A DNA stretch of 64,000 nt from Candidatus Omnitrophota bacterium (GCA_041650495.1 JBAZLB010000008.1:4218-68217); one strand, 5' to 3'; shown: positions 46,776 to 55,928, counted from the stretch's first letter. Program-made: numbers and translations. The notes: generated by a model not told the origin, from the letters alone.

Positions 46776-47336
46776 ATGCCAAAAGAAGAATTGAAGGAAC
46801 TGAAAATAAAGTTACTCGCCCTTTTAAAGAAAGATGCCCTGAAAAAAGGGGCATTCTTGTTATCTTCAGGAAAGATGAGCAATTACTATCTTGACGGCAG
46901 GATAATCACCCTTACCCCCGAGGGGGCATATCTAGTGGCCAGTATTATTCTGGAACTGGTTAAAGACGAGAAAATAGAGGCTATCGGGGGCCCTACCCTG
47001 GGCGCAGACCCTATAGTCGGTTCAGTCGCCGTATTAAGCCATATTAAGAATATTCCCCTTAAGACTTTCATCGTCCGTAAGGACGCCAAGGGGCATGGCA
47101 CTAAACAGCAGATTGAAGGCCCGCCTTTAGCCAGGGGCAGCAGGGTTTTCCTGGTGGATGATGTGGCTACTACCGGCAAGGCCCTGTTGGAGGCAAAGCA
47201 GGCATTAGATAATGCCGGTATAGCCGTAGAGAGGGCCATAGTGATTGTGGACAGAAAAGAAGGGGCAAGGGAAAATCTGTCTGCGGCAGGGCTTAGGCTG
47301 GAATCAATATTTGAAATAGAGGAACTGGGGGTTTAA
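46776..47336 (+). CDS. pyrE: Orotate phosphoribosyltransferase.
   Basis: It has the PRPP-binding motif 'VFLVDDVATTGKA'. Confidence 0.9.
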   Translation: MPKEELKELKIKLLALLKKDALKKGAFLLSSGKMSNYYLDGRIITLTPEGAYLVASIILELVKDEKIEAIGGPTLGADPIVGSVAVLSHIKNIPLKTFIVRKDAKGHGTKQQIEGPPLARGSRVFLVDDVATTGKALLEAKQALDNAGIAVERAIVIVDRKEGARENLSAAGLRLESIFEIEELGV

Positions 47337-47360
47337 AAAATAGAAAGGAAGGAACGGTTT

Positions 47361-47882
47361 ATGAGAAAGGTCATTCTCGCCTATGTTTTTCTGTTTTTGT
47401 GCGTATCGATAGCCGCGGCATCTACGGATGAGACCCGCAAGAAAATCGTTGAGCTAAAAAATCAGATCATTGATTTACAAAACCAGGGGGAATTAGGCAT
47501 TACAGACTTAGTAGCTTGTTCCAAGGTTTTGAATTTAGGCACCTATGTGCCTTTACCGGAAGCAAAGGTAAAAAAAGGGGGCACCTTCTATACCTATTTT
47601 GAGCCGCTTAATTTTTTCACTAATAAAAGAGAAGGGATGTATGAAATATGGCTTTCCGCGGATATGTTTATTTTGAACGAGGCCCAAGAGGTGCTCATGT
47701 CCAAGGAAAACGCCACAGATATGCACCTGAATACCTATTCTCCTGTTTTTGACCTTTATTTTAAATATACCCTGGATATGACGGATGCGCCTGTCGGTAA
47801 ATATGTATTAAAGGTGGTGATAAACGATAAGCTAAGAGAGACAAGCGCTGAGAAGACCCTTCCTTTTGAAGTTGTCGAATAA
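47361..47882 (+). CDS. Secreted hypothetical protein with a signal peptide.
   Basis: It begins 'MRKVILAYVFLFLCVSIAAAS' and the RBS is 'GGAAGGAA'. Confidence 0.5.
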   Translation: MRKVILAYVFLFLCVSIAAASTDETRKKIVELKNQIIDLQNQGELGITDLVACSKVLNLGTYVPLPEAKVKKGGTFYTYFEPLNFFTNKREGMYEIWLSADMFILNEAQEVLMSKENATDMHLNTYSPVFDLYFKYTLDMTDAPVGKYVLKVVINDKLRETSAEKTLPFEVVE

Positions 47883-47919
47883 AGGGCAGCTTGTTATAAA
47901 CATAACCTTCCGGGATTAA

Positions 47920-49164
47920 GTGGATATAAAAAAGATAGTAGTGGTGGGTGCCGGTCCTGCCGGGATGATGGCGGCCATCCGCTCGGGGGTCCTTGGACAG
48001 GAGGTAACCCTTATAGAGAAAAACAACCACCCCGGCCTTAAGCTTCTTTTAAGCGGGAAGGGCCGCTGCAATCTTACCAATGCCTGCGATTTAAACTCAT
48101 TCCTTTCGCATTTCGCCCATAACGGCCAATTCCTGCGCGATGCATTTAAAAAGTTCTTTAATTCCCAAATGATGCATTTTTTCCAGGAAAGGGGTCTGAA
48201 GCTGGAGGTGGAAAGGCAGATGAGGGTTTTCCCCTGCAGCAATAAGTCAGCCAGTATCCTGAAAATATTAGAAAATGAACTTAGGAAAAATAAGGTCAGG
48301 GTTCTTTACGGTATGCCCTTGGATAAAGTCTTGGCTCAGGAGGATAAAATAAAGGCGGTGCTGTCTAAGGGCGCGAAGGTGATTCCTGCTGATAGGGTTA
48401 TTTTGGCAACAGGAGGGCTGTCTTATCCTTCGACCGGCTCAACCGGGGAAGGGATCACTATAGCCGGAAAATTAGGCCATCGTATCGTCCCTTTGCTCCC
48501 CGGGCTTATCCCCCTGGTAACAAAGCAGAAATACGGCAGGATATTAAAAGGCCTGGTGTTAAAGAATATACGCCTTAATTTTTCGGATGGAGAGAGACGG
48601 ATAACTTCGGATGTAGGGGAGTTGTTATTTACGGATTTTGGTATTTCCGGCCCCCTGGTATTGTCTTTAAGCGCAAGGGTAGTGGATTGGCTAAAAGAGG
48701 GAAAGAGCGTTTACGCAGAGATAGACCTGAAGCCGGGTTTATCATTAGGGCAGCTGGAGGCCAGGATATTACGGGAGTTCAAGGAGAACCCGAAAAAGAA
48801 CTTAAAAAACACCCTAAAGAGTCTTCTGCCTTTAAGCATGGCGGGTGTCTTTTTGGAAGCAGCCGGAATCAATCCCTTTAAAAAGGTAAGCCATGTGGTT
48901 AAAGGAGAACGGCAGCGGATAGTCTGCTTATTGAAAAGGATGCGTTTGGATATAGAGGGCAGCCGTCCTATTGAGGAGGCTATGGTAAGCCGGGGCGGGG
49001 TTTCCTTGAAGGATATAAACCCGCGCACCATGGAGTCCCGTTTGATCAGGGGTCTGTATTTTGCCGGAGAGATGATAGATGTAGACGCGGATACCGGAGG
49101 TTTTAATCTCCAGGCGGCATTCTCTACCGGATATCTGGCAGGGGAAAGTGCTGCCTTAAGTTAA
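47920..49164 (+). CDS. HI0933/YhiN-family FAD-dependent flavoprotein (BaiN-like).
   Basis: It has 'IVVVGAGPAGMMAAI' and the HI0933 family architecture. It starts on GTG. Confidence 0.8.
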   Translation: MDIKKIVVVGAGPAGMMAAIRSGVLGQEVTLIEKNNHPGLKLLLSGKGRCNLTNACDLNSFLSHFAHNGQFLRDAFKKFFNSQMMHFFQERGLKLEVERQMRVFPCSNKSASILKILENELRKNKVRVLYGMPLDKVLAQEDKIKAVLSKGAKVIPADRVILATGGLSYPSTGSTGEGITIAGKLGHRIVPLLPGLIPLVTKQKYGRILKGLVLKNIRLNFSDGERRITSDVGELLFTDFGISGPLVLSLSARVVDWLKEGKSVYAEIDLKPGLSLGQLEARILREFKENPKKNLKNTLKSLLPLSMAGVFLEAAGINPFKKVSHVVKGERQRIVCLLKRMRLDIEGSRPIEEAMVSRGGVSLKDINPRTMESRLIRGLYFAGEMIDVDADTGGFNLQAAFSTGYLAGESAALS

Positions 49165-49183
49165 AAAACAACGGATCAGCAAA

Positions 49184-50533
49184 ATGAAGAAGGCAAAGAT
49201 ATATTTGGCGTCTTATTCTAAAGCGCGCAGGAAACTATTCAGCATCTTTGGCCTTAAATTCATAGTCCTGCCCAGCCGGATCCCTGAATTAGATAAGCCG
49301 ATCCAGCGGTCTTTTCCTGCGTTAGTCAAGGCAAATGCCCTGGCTAAGGCCAGGTGTGTTTCTGAGAGAGTAAAGGACGGGATAATCATTGCCGCGGATA
49401 CTATTACTGTGCAGGATAATAAGGTGTTCGGAAAGCCCGCTGATTTAAAGGAGGCTCACCGTATGCTTAAGGCCCTTTCGCGTAAACCTCAATGGCTCTA
49501 TACGGGTATAGCGGTTATCGATAAAAACAAAGGCAAAATAAAAGTCGGATTTGAGAAGACCAGGGTTTACATGGACAGGTTGACGGATAAGGAGATCAGG
49601 CAATACTTCTTGCGGGTTTCTCCGCTGGATAAGGCAGGGGGTTTTGATATCCAGGGCAAAGGCGCGTTCTTTATCCGCAGGGTCGAGGGGTGTTTTTATA
49701 ATGTCGTGGGTTTACCTTTAAGGAGGCTATATCGCATGCTTAAGGTATTAGGGGTTGAGGTCTTTGGCCTTGTTTTGTGTTTTTTTCTTGCGGGCTGCTC
49801 GACGGAATATAATCTGGCTACTAAGCAGGAGGAGGTATTTTATTATAATTACAGCACGGAAAAAGAAGTGCAGATGGGGCTTTCTATAGCCCGGCAGGTA
49901 GAAAAACAGTATAAACTGGTCAGTGACCCGCTTATCCAAAAACGCGTAGAAGATATAGGGGAAAAGATAGTAGCGGTATGCGACCGTAAAGATATAGATT
50001 ATTCCTTCAGGGTCCTGGATGACGATGAAGTAAATGCCGCGTCCCTGCCCGGAGGGATCATCTATGTTAATAAGGGGCTGATCGATAAAGTCGATAATGA
50101 TGATGAGCTGGCAGGGGTCTTAGCCCATGAAGTAGGGCATATAGTGGCGCGGCACAGTATAAAGAAGCTGCAGGCGGTTTCCGGCTACTCTATTCTCAGG
50201 ATACTGGTGGCCGCCGCTCCCCAGTCAGGGGAAGCAGGCGCTGCGGCAGACGCAGCCTTTACTGAAATAATCTTAGGTTATTCCCGCGAAGATGAGTTAC
50301 TGGCTGATCAGCTTTCTGCCAGGTATGCTAAGGCAGCCGGCTATAACCCCCAGGCCATGCTTACCTTTCTTAAAAAACTCCAGGATATTAACCGCCGTAA
50401 ACCCCTTGCCCCTAAATCCTATTACAAGACGCACCCCTATGTACCGGATAGGGTAAGGGTAGTAAAGCAGGAGTTGGGTCAAAAGATAGATTTTGACGAT
50501 TATATCAACACCCAGGATAAACCTCATGAATAA
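49184..50533 (+). CDS. maf: Maf nucleotide pyrophosphatase domain (aa 1 to about 190) fused in-frame to a lipobox-bearing M48 zinc metallopeptidase domain.
   Basis: The Maf part has 'IYLASYSKARRKLF', 'IIIAADTI' and 'NVVGLPL'. It continues without a stop into 'MLKVLGVEVFGLVLCFFLAGCS' (signal peptide with lipobox) and the M48 domain with 'LAHEVGHIVARH'. Confidence 0.6.
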   Translation: MKKAKIYLASYSKARRKLFSIFGLKFIVLPSRIPELDKPIQRSFPALVKANALAKARCVSERVKDGIIIAADTITVQDNKVFGKPADLKEAHRMLKALSRKPQWLYTGIAVIDKNKGKIKVGFEKTRVYMDRLTDKEIRQYFLRVSPLDKAGGFDIQGKGAFFIRRVEGCFYNVVGLPLRRLYRMLKVLGVEVFGLVLCFFLAGCSTEYNLATKQEEVFYYNYSTEKEVQMGLSIARQVEKQYKLVSDPLIQKRVEDIGEKIVAVCDRKDIDYSFRVLDDDEVNAASLPGGIIYVNKGLIDKVDNDDELAGVLAHEVGHIVARHSIKKLQAVSGYSILRILVAAAPQSGEAGAAADAAFTEIILGYSREDELLADQLSARYAKAAGYNPQAMLTFLKKLQDINRRKPLAPKSYYKTHPYVPDRVRVVKQELGQKIDFDDYINTQDKPHE

Positions 50534-51620
50534 AAGGCTGTATCTGTCGGCTGTTTTCATCCTGACAGGGCTTATTTATTCAACGGTATCAGCCGGTAAT
50601 GTTCTCACTGCAAATAAACAGATGAAGAAAGAGATGCCCGGACTTGAAGATAAAACTCAGAGCCGCTTTGGGGTCCTGGAATTCCTGCATTGGAACCATC
50701 CCTGGAATAATTATAAATACCCTTCCGAAGAATCCCTTGTTAAGGCCGTCACCTTAATGAAAGAGGCAGGGGTAGGCTGGGTGAGGATGGATTTTCTCTG
50801 GCAGGATATTGAGCCGGAAAAAGGAAAGTTCGTTTTTGACAGATACGATAAAATAGTGGATTTATTAAGCCGTTATAATATAAAGATACTCGGGTTGCTT
50901 AATTACAGCACGGATTGGGCAGCTTCAGATGGCAAATGGAATTCACCGCCCGAAGACAACAGCCTTTTTGTTAATTATGCCTCTTTAGTGATCAGCCGTT
51001 ATAAAGATAAGGTGAAATACTGGGAAGTGTGGAATGAACCGGATTCCGCCGTATATTGGGTGAGGCAGGATGGGCTTAAGAGCTATTGTGTCTTACTTAA
51101 AGAGGTGTATATTGCCGCTAAAAGAATAGACCCGGATTGTGCGGTCCTAAACGGAGGCCTGGCTAACGGTATTGCCAGCGTAAATAAACTTTATGATAAC
51201 GGTGCGCAGGAATATTTTGATATTCTAAATATCCACATATTTGAATCTCCGTTATCGCCCGGGGCGTTGGCGAGAGTGAAGGCTTATGCTAGACTTACCC
51301 GTAAAGTGATGTCGCGCAATAAAGATACTGACAAGAAGGTATGGATAACCGAGATAGGATGCCCGGGGATAAAGAAAGGCCTTTCGGCCAAGAACTGGTG
51401 GCTGGGAGATAATCCCGACGAAGAACAGCAGGCAAGATGGCTGGAGGAAGTATTCAAGGCATTATTAAAAGATAATGCAGCGGAGAAAGTCTTTTGGGCA
51501 TTTTTCAGGGATTGCCGGGGGCACTGGGATAACGGCATAGATTATTTCGGCCTGGTGCGCTGGGATTTCTCCAGGAAGCCGTCTTTTTTCACCTACCAAA
51601 CCTCCTCCCGTACTGAGTAA
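50526..51620 (+). CDS. Secreted clan GH-A glycoside hydrolase (GH5/GH39-like).
   Basis: It has a signal peptide. 'VWNEPD' supplies the acid/base Glu and 'WITEIG' the nucleophile Glu. Its start overlaps the previous stop as 'ATGAATAA'. Confidence 0.55.
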   Translation: MNKRLYLSAVFILTGLIYSTVSAGNVLTANKQMKKEMPGLEDKTQSRFGVLEFLHWNHPWNNYKYPSEESLVKAVTLMKEAGVGWVRMDFLWQDIEPEKGKFVFDRYDKIVDLLSRYNIKILGLLNYSTDWAASDGKWNSPPEDNSLFVNYASLVISRYKDKVKYWEVWNEPDSAVYWVRQDGLKSYCVLLKEVYIAAKRIDPDCAVLNGGLANGIASVNKLYDNGAQEYFDILNIHIFESPLSPGALARVKAYARLTRKVMSRNKDTDKKVWITEIGCPGIKKGLSAKNWWLGDNPDEEQQARWLEEVFKALLKDNAAEKVFWAFFRDCRGHWDNGIDYFGLVRWDFSRKPSFFTYQTSSRTE

Positions 51621-51669
51621 CATTTCTGACGGGAGGGTCGGGGTGGATAATATCCGTCAGTTTAAGAAG

Positions 51670-52677
51670 GAGGAAGCTATGCCTGAATTAAGGTATAACA
51701 TCATTGGCCGGGATTGGGTAATTGTTGCTACGGAGAGGGCAAAGCGCCCCAGGGATTTTATAAAGAAAAAGAAGGAAGAAGCAGTAGTGCCTGAATATAA
51801 AGACAACTGTCCCTTTTGTCCCGGAAATGAGAGTCAGACTCCGCAGGAGACATTCCGCTTGGGTGATAAGAATATATGGAAGGTGCGTTCAGTTTATAAT
51901 CTTTACGGGGCGCTTTCCGCGAATGAAAAGATGGCCCGGGATAACAATGGGATGTATATATCAATGAACGGATTCGGAAACCATGAGGTGATTATCGAGC
52001 ATCCCCGGCACAACATTTCCATAGCCTTGATGAGCGAAGAAGAAGTGGAAAATATTATAAGGGCATACAGGGATCGTTATCTGTCGATTCAGGATATTCA
52101 GGGAATTGAAGCTATTGTGATTTTTAAAAATCACGGCCCCAGCGCAGGCACTTCGCTGGAGCATCCTCATTCACAGCTTATTGCTACCCCTATCGTTCCT
52201 CCGCAGATAAGAGGCCGCATAGAACAGGCGGCAGGTTATTTTGACCTTACCGGCAACTGTGTCTTCTGTCAGACACTCAAGGAAGAACTTAAGGCAAAAC
52301 AGCGGATTGTCTTTGAAACGGATAAATTTGTTTCCTTTGTGCCTTACGCAGGGGTAGCTCCTTTTGTTACCTGGATTTTTCCCCGCAGGCATATGGCTTC
52401 TTTCGCCGAGATTAGCGACGGAGAAATAGGCGATTTAGCGGGCAACTTAAGGCGCACTCTTCAGAAATTATATTACGGCCTCCAAAACCCGGATTTTAAT
52501 TATACCATCCGTTCTATCCCGGTAAAAGAGAACGGCGCAGAGTATTTCCATTGGTACATAGGTATTATCCCGCGCTTAAGCCAGCCTGCCGGATTTGAAT
52601 TGGGCAGCGGGATGTTTATTAATACCTCTTTGGCTGAGGAGGCGGCAGAGTTTTTACGCCAGGTCCGGTGCCCGTAG
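51670..52677 (+). CDS. galT: Galactose-1-phosphate uridylyltransferase (HIT family).
   Basis: It has the zinc site 'CPFCPGNE' and the active site 'HPHSQ'. The RBS is 'AAGGAGGA'. Confidence 0.8.
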   Translation, partial: EEAMPELRYNIIGRDWVIVATERAKRPRDFIKKKKEEAVVPEYKDNCPFCPGNESQTPQETFRLGDKNIWKVRSVYNLYGALSANEKMARDNNGMYISMNGFGNHEVIIEHPRHNISIALMSEEEVENIIRAYRDRYLSIQDIQGIEAIVIFKNHGPSAGTSLEHPHSQLIATPIVPPQIRGRIEQAAGYFDLTGNCVFCQTLKEELKAKQRIVFETDKFVSFVPYAGVAPFVTWIFPRRHMASFAEISDGEIGDLAGNLRRTLQKLYYGLQNPDFNYTIRSIPVKENGAEYFHWYIGIIPRLSQPAGFELGSGMFINTSLAEEAAEFLRQVRCP

Positions 52678-52754
52678 GTATATAAGCGGGCGGCAGGTTA
52701 ATTATAGTTGCAAAAAATACCTCAGGTGCTATTATTTAGAAAAGGAGAAAGGGC

Positions 52755-53744
52755 ATGTCCATAAAAGAAGCTGAGAGATCAAGGTTATTACCCGCGTTAT
52801 TTTTATCTATCTTTTTGTCCCCCTTTGTTTTATCCAATGCCTATGCTGATGAGGCAAGGGCAGAGGCGCAGGAACAGGCGATTAAAGAGGCGGAGGAATC
52901 ATCAATTCCTACCGCAGAAGACTTCCGTCAGAGGTTAAGACGGACGGTAGTTATACAGGAAGAAGAGTTTGCTCAAGGGATAGATTCTTTTGTGCAGTAT
53001 ATGCCTTCCCGGGGAGTGGATGCGCAGTCAGGAAAGGTCGGGGTAATTCATTCAGCTGTTGAATACAGCTATCAAACCAAGGCCTTTGGTAAATTGCCGG
53101 TAGAATTTGCGGTAGGGGCTGATTATTTGGGAATAGATAATACTACTGTCGTAAAACTTCCGGCGCATTTGACCGGAGTAGCTTTCGGCGCGGAAACCAC
53201 ATTCCCTCTTTTTAATATTGATAAGACTTATTTGACTATAGGGCTTGCCCCGTCTTTATTGGGTGATGATTGGAATTTTGATTCCTCGCATTTTCGTATG
53301 CTGCAGCGTTATTTCCTAATCCATCAGCCGAATGAACAATGGACGTTTATTGCTGGCGTTGCAGTATTTCCGGACTATGATGACGATATTGTTCCAATTT
53401 TAGGTTTTATCTACAGGCCCAATGACCGGTTGACTTTTAATATCATTCCCAAGAGGCCGGAGATTTCCTATGCCTTAGATGATAAATTTACGGTCTTTGC
53501 TGAAGCAGATATGTCCTCAAGTGAGTTTGAGGTGGATAAAGACACGTTTAAGGATGTAATAATTGAGTATAATGAAATGCACGCAGGTCTGGGCCTCAAA
53601 TATAAACCGAATAAATATATTAATAGTTCTGTTTCTGTCGGAGGTATGTTTAATCGTTCCATAAAGTACCGCGACGACAACCTGGGTAAAGTTACGATTA
53701 AAGACGGCCTATATACCGAATTCCGGCTGGAATTGAGTTTCTGA
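52755..53744 (+). CDS. Predicted outer-membrane beta-barrel protein.
   Basis: It has a signal peptide, alternating-hydrophobic beta strands and a C-terminal Phe ('LELSF'). Confidence 0.5.
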   Translation: MSIKEAERSRLLPALFLSIFLSPFVLSNAYADEARAEAQEQAIKEAEESSIPTAEDFRQRLRRTVVIQEEEFAQGIDSFVQYMPSRGVDAQSGKVGVIHSAVEYSYQTKAFGKLPVEFAVGADYLGIDNTTVVKLPAHLTGVAFGAETTFPLFNIDKTYLTIGLAPSLLGDDWNFDSSHFRMLQRYFLIHQPNEQWTFIAGVAVFPDYDDDIVPILGFIYRPNDRLTFNIIPKRPEISYALDDKFTVFAEADMSSSEFEVDKDTFKDVIIEYNEMHAGLGLKYKPNKYINSSVSVGGMFNRSIKYRDDNLGKVTIKDGLYTEFRLELSF

Positions 53745-53885
53745 TTAATGACGACACAACTTACGGAGCGAAGCGAGCGTAAGTTGTTGTCGGAATTAAT
53801 CCCCGCTGCTACGAGTAGATTTCGAAGAAATCTACGACGTGCTTAGCTGCGGGGCTAGATGCTAGTTATTTGCGCGAATTATCCC
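53745..53885 (-). repeat. Structured intergenic repeat, copy D. It is in inverted orientation, lies between convergent genes and overlaps the stop codon of the OMP gene.
   Basis: Its reverse complement contains 'GGGATAATTCGCG', the hairpin 'GTAGATTTCTTCGAAATCTAC', 'ACAACTTACG..CGTAAGTTGT' and the end 'GTCGTCATTAA'. Confidence 0.75.
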
Positions 53886-53897
53886 TAAGCGTACGCA

Positions 53898-54410
53898 TTA
53901 CCTTTTCTCCGGATGAAAACCTATTGGGATTTTTTCTTTAACGGGAAGTGGTTCTAAAAGCTGTTTAATTGTTTTAAATACTATAGCAAACTGCTTATCG
54001 TATTTTCTCTCCATTTCTTCAATCTTACGTTTGAGATCTCTGTTAGTTAAAAGCATTCGTCTTAATTGGGCAAAAGCACGCATAATCTGAATATTTACCA
54101 TAATCGCCCGCTCACTGTTCAAGACACTTGAGAGCATAGCTACGCCTTCTTGCGTAAAAACATACGGCAGATATCTCCGACCGCCTCGGTTTGAGGTCGC
54201 AAAATGCGACCTCAAAAAATCACATTCTTCCTCGGTGAGTTGAAACATAAAATCTTCAGGGAATCTCTTTCTGTTTCTTGCCACTTGCTCATTGAGTCGT
54301 TTTGTCTTTACCTCATAGAGTATAGCTAAGTCGCTATCCAACAAAACCCTTTTACCTCGAACGATTAAAATTTTTGTGGCTATTGTTGCCGCAGGAATCA
54401 AATCAGACAT
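53898..54410 (-). CDS. ORF6N (KilA-N-like) DNA-binding domain protein, typical of phage/island remnants.
   Basis: The ORF6N-family N-terminal domain has 'LDSDLAILYEV', and it continues 'RFPEDFMFQLTEEE'. Confidence 0.7.
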   Translation of the reverse strand: MSDLIPAATIATKILIVRGKRVLLDSDLAILYEVKTKRLNEQVARNRKRFPEDFMFQLTEEECDFLRSHFATSNRGGRRYLPYVFTQEGVAMLSSVLNSERAIMVNIQIMRAFAQLRRMLLTNRDLKRKIEEMERKYDKQFAIVFKTIKQLLEPLPVKEKIPIGFHPEKR

Positions 54411-54513
54411 TTTGCCCCCCTCTTACTATTAATAGACGCAAAAGAAGGGAAAATCTAACATAATTTTTTGCTGGTTTTCTAGTCTTATTGGATTGGCAAA
54501 CAGTGCTGATTAA

Positions 54514-54594
54514 TGCGGGAGGAGGGAGTTGAACCCTCATGCCTTGCGGCACTGGCTTCTGAGACCAGCGCGTCTGCCATTCCGCCACCCCCGC
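54514..54594 (-). tRNA. tRNA-Leu(CAG).
   Basis: The 81-nt cloverleaf has the acceptor GCGGGGG/CTCCCGC, a 3-bp D stem and the anticodon loop CTCAGAA. The variable arm is 13 nt (TGCC-GCAA-GGCA). The T arm is GAGGG-TTCAACT-CCCTC. Discriminator is A and CCA is not encoded. Confidence 0.85.
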
Positions 54595-54606
54595 GAGATA
54601 ACCCTA

Positions 54607-54635
54607 AGTATAACTTAGAGTTTTTATTCTGTCAA
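54607..54635 (-). promoter_or_regulatory. Sigma70-type promoter of tRNA-Leu (TTGACA-N17-TATACT on the - strand).
   Basis: The reverse complement of 54607-54635 reads 'TTGACAGAATAAAAACTCTAAGTTATACT', which ends about 12 nt before the tRNA 5' end. Confidence 0.5.
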
Positions 54636-54675
54636 TTCTTCTATAAAGCCTGGCCGATGCCCATCAGATAAAGAA

Positions 54676-54704
54676 TTGCGGTTGTTTTTATTTGCTGTTA
54701 TAAT
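54676..54704 (+). promoter_or_regulatory. Sigma70-type promoter of the AEC transporter gene (TTGCGG-N17-TATAAT).
   Basis: The -35 lies at 54676-54681 and the -10 'TATAAT' at 54699-54704. The SD 'TAGGAGGAGG' and the ATG at 54730 follow. Confidence 0.45.
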
Positions 54705-54729
54705 ATAACACCTCTAGGAGGAGGCCTTT

Positions 54730-55686
54730 ATGTTTCTGGAATATTTTAAGACCGCAGGCCTTGCGGTTGTGCAGATTTTTGTGCTGGGCGCATTAGGATA
54801 TATATTAATGCGCAAGAATATCTTAGGCGAGGCAGGGCTGGATATTTTAAGCCGCCTGGTGGTTGAGGTTACCCTGCCGGTGATGATATTCTGCCAGTTG
54901 ATCAGGGATTTCCGTTTTAATATTTATCCACAGTGGTGGATTTTTCCTCTCATAAGCCTGGTTGTGACTGTTCTCGGCCTGGCTGTGGGTTATATCTTAT
55001 CCGTCTTTATTAAAGGGGGCGAACACAAAGCGCAGTTTCTGAGCTTAGTCACTTTCCAGAATTCCGGTTATCTGCCCCTGGCCTTGATTGCGGCATTATT
55101 GCCCGGGAGTCAGAAGGATACCATGTTTATTTATATATTCTTGTTTCTTCTGGGGTTTAACCTGGTCATGTGGTCTTTTGGCGTCTATATGCTTTCATTC
55201 CATAAGAGCAGGAAATTTGAGTTAGGCAGCCTTTTTAGCCCTGCGGTTATCGCTATTATCTTAAGCCTGGTGATTGTTTTCTTGGGCCTGAACAGTTTCA
55301 TACCGTCGGCACTTCTTAAGCCCATGAGCATGGTAGGGGATTGCACCCTGCCTTTGGCTATGATGGTGGTAGGAGGCAGCCTCTCGTTGTTACGCATCAG
55401 GCATACAGATAATAAGGCGATGCTGTTACTGGTCCTGGCAAAACTTCTTATACTGCCGGCTTTAGGCCTGTGGTTTTTATCCCGGGTAAGCCTGCCGCCG
55501 TTGATAGGCCTGTTGATTATCATGCAGCTGGCAGTGCCTCCGGCGACATCGCTTTCTGTGATTGTCCGCCACTATAAGAAAGAAGACCTGCTTATCAGCC
55601 AGGGCATATTCTTCGGCCATATTATAGGGTTAGTCAGCCTGCCATTATTTTTGAGTTTGTATTTTATGCTGGCCGTGATAAAATAA
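54730..55686 (+). CDS. AEC-family (auxin efflux carrier / malate permease-like) transporter.
   Basis: It has ten TM helices and the typical AEC N-terminus 'AGLAVVQIFVLGALGYIL'. Confidence 0.8.
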   Translation: MFLEYFKTAGLAVVQIFVLGALGYILMRKNILGEAGLDILSRLVVEVTLPVMIFCQLIRDFRFNIYPQWWIFPLISLVVTVLGLAVGYILSVFIKGGEHKAQFLSLVTFQNSGYLPLALIAALLPGSQKDTMFIYIFLFLLGFNLVMWSFGVYMLSFHKSRKFELGSLFSPAVIAIILSLVIVFLGLNSFIPSALLKPMSMVGDCTLPLAMMVVGGSLSLLRIRHTDNKAMLLLVLAKLLILPALGLWFLSRVSLPPLIGLLIIMQLAVPPATSLSVIVRHYKKEDLLISQGIFFGHIIGLVSLPLFLSLYFMLAVIK

Positions 55687-55778
55687 ATGCGGCATGAGTT
55701 GTGGTAGTTGTTCCGCCTCATAAACCACGCTAAGATTCTGTTTCCCGGGAAATGCGAAGCATTTCCGGGATTAAATCC

Positions 55779-55912
55779 CCGAAATCGCCTAGCGATTTCA
55801 GGGGACCATAATTTTAGCGTATTCGGCGGGATAATTCGCAGACGGCCTTACGGCCTACGACTTATGTCGTAGTGGATATAAAACTGATACTCCATAAGTC
55901 GTCTGCTCATTA
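55779..55912 (+). repeat. Structured intergenic repeat, copy E. It ends 16 nt before the smpB ATG.
   Basis: It has 'GAAATCGCCTAGCGATTTC', 'GGCGGGATAATTCGCAGACGGCCTTACGGCC', 'ACGACTTATG..CATAAGTCGT' and 'CTGCTCATTA'. Confidence 0.8.
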
Positions 55913-55928
55913 AAGTTGCGTGCTCATT

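Noticed and set aside
53898-54410. A prophage or integrative element anchored at tRNA-Leu.
   Set aside because: Only a single ORF6N gene and one repeat copy are present. There is no integrase, no att duplication and no phage structural genes. At most it is a decayed remnant.
54403-54588. 61-aa ORF on the - strand overlapping tRNA-Leu.
   Set aside because: It coincides with the tRNA gene, and its translation is tRNA sequence read as protein.
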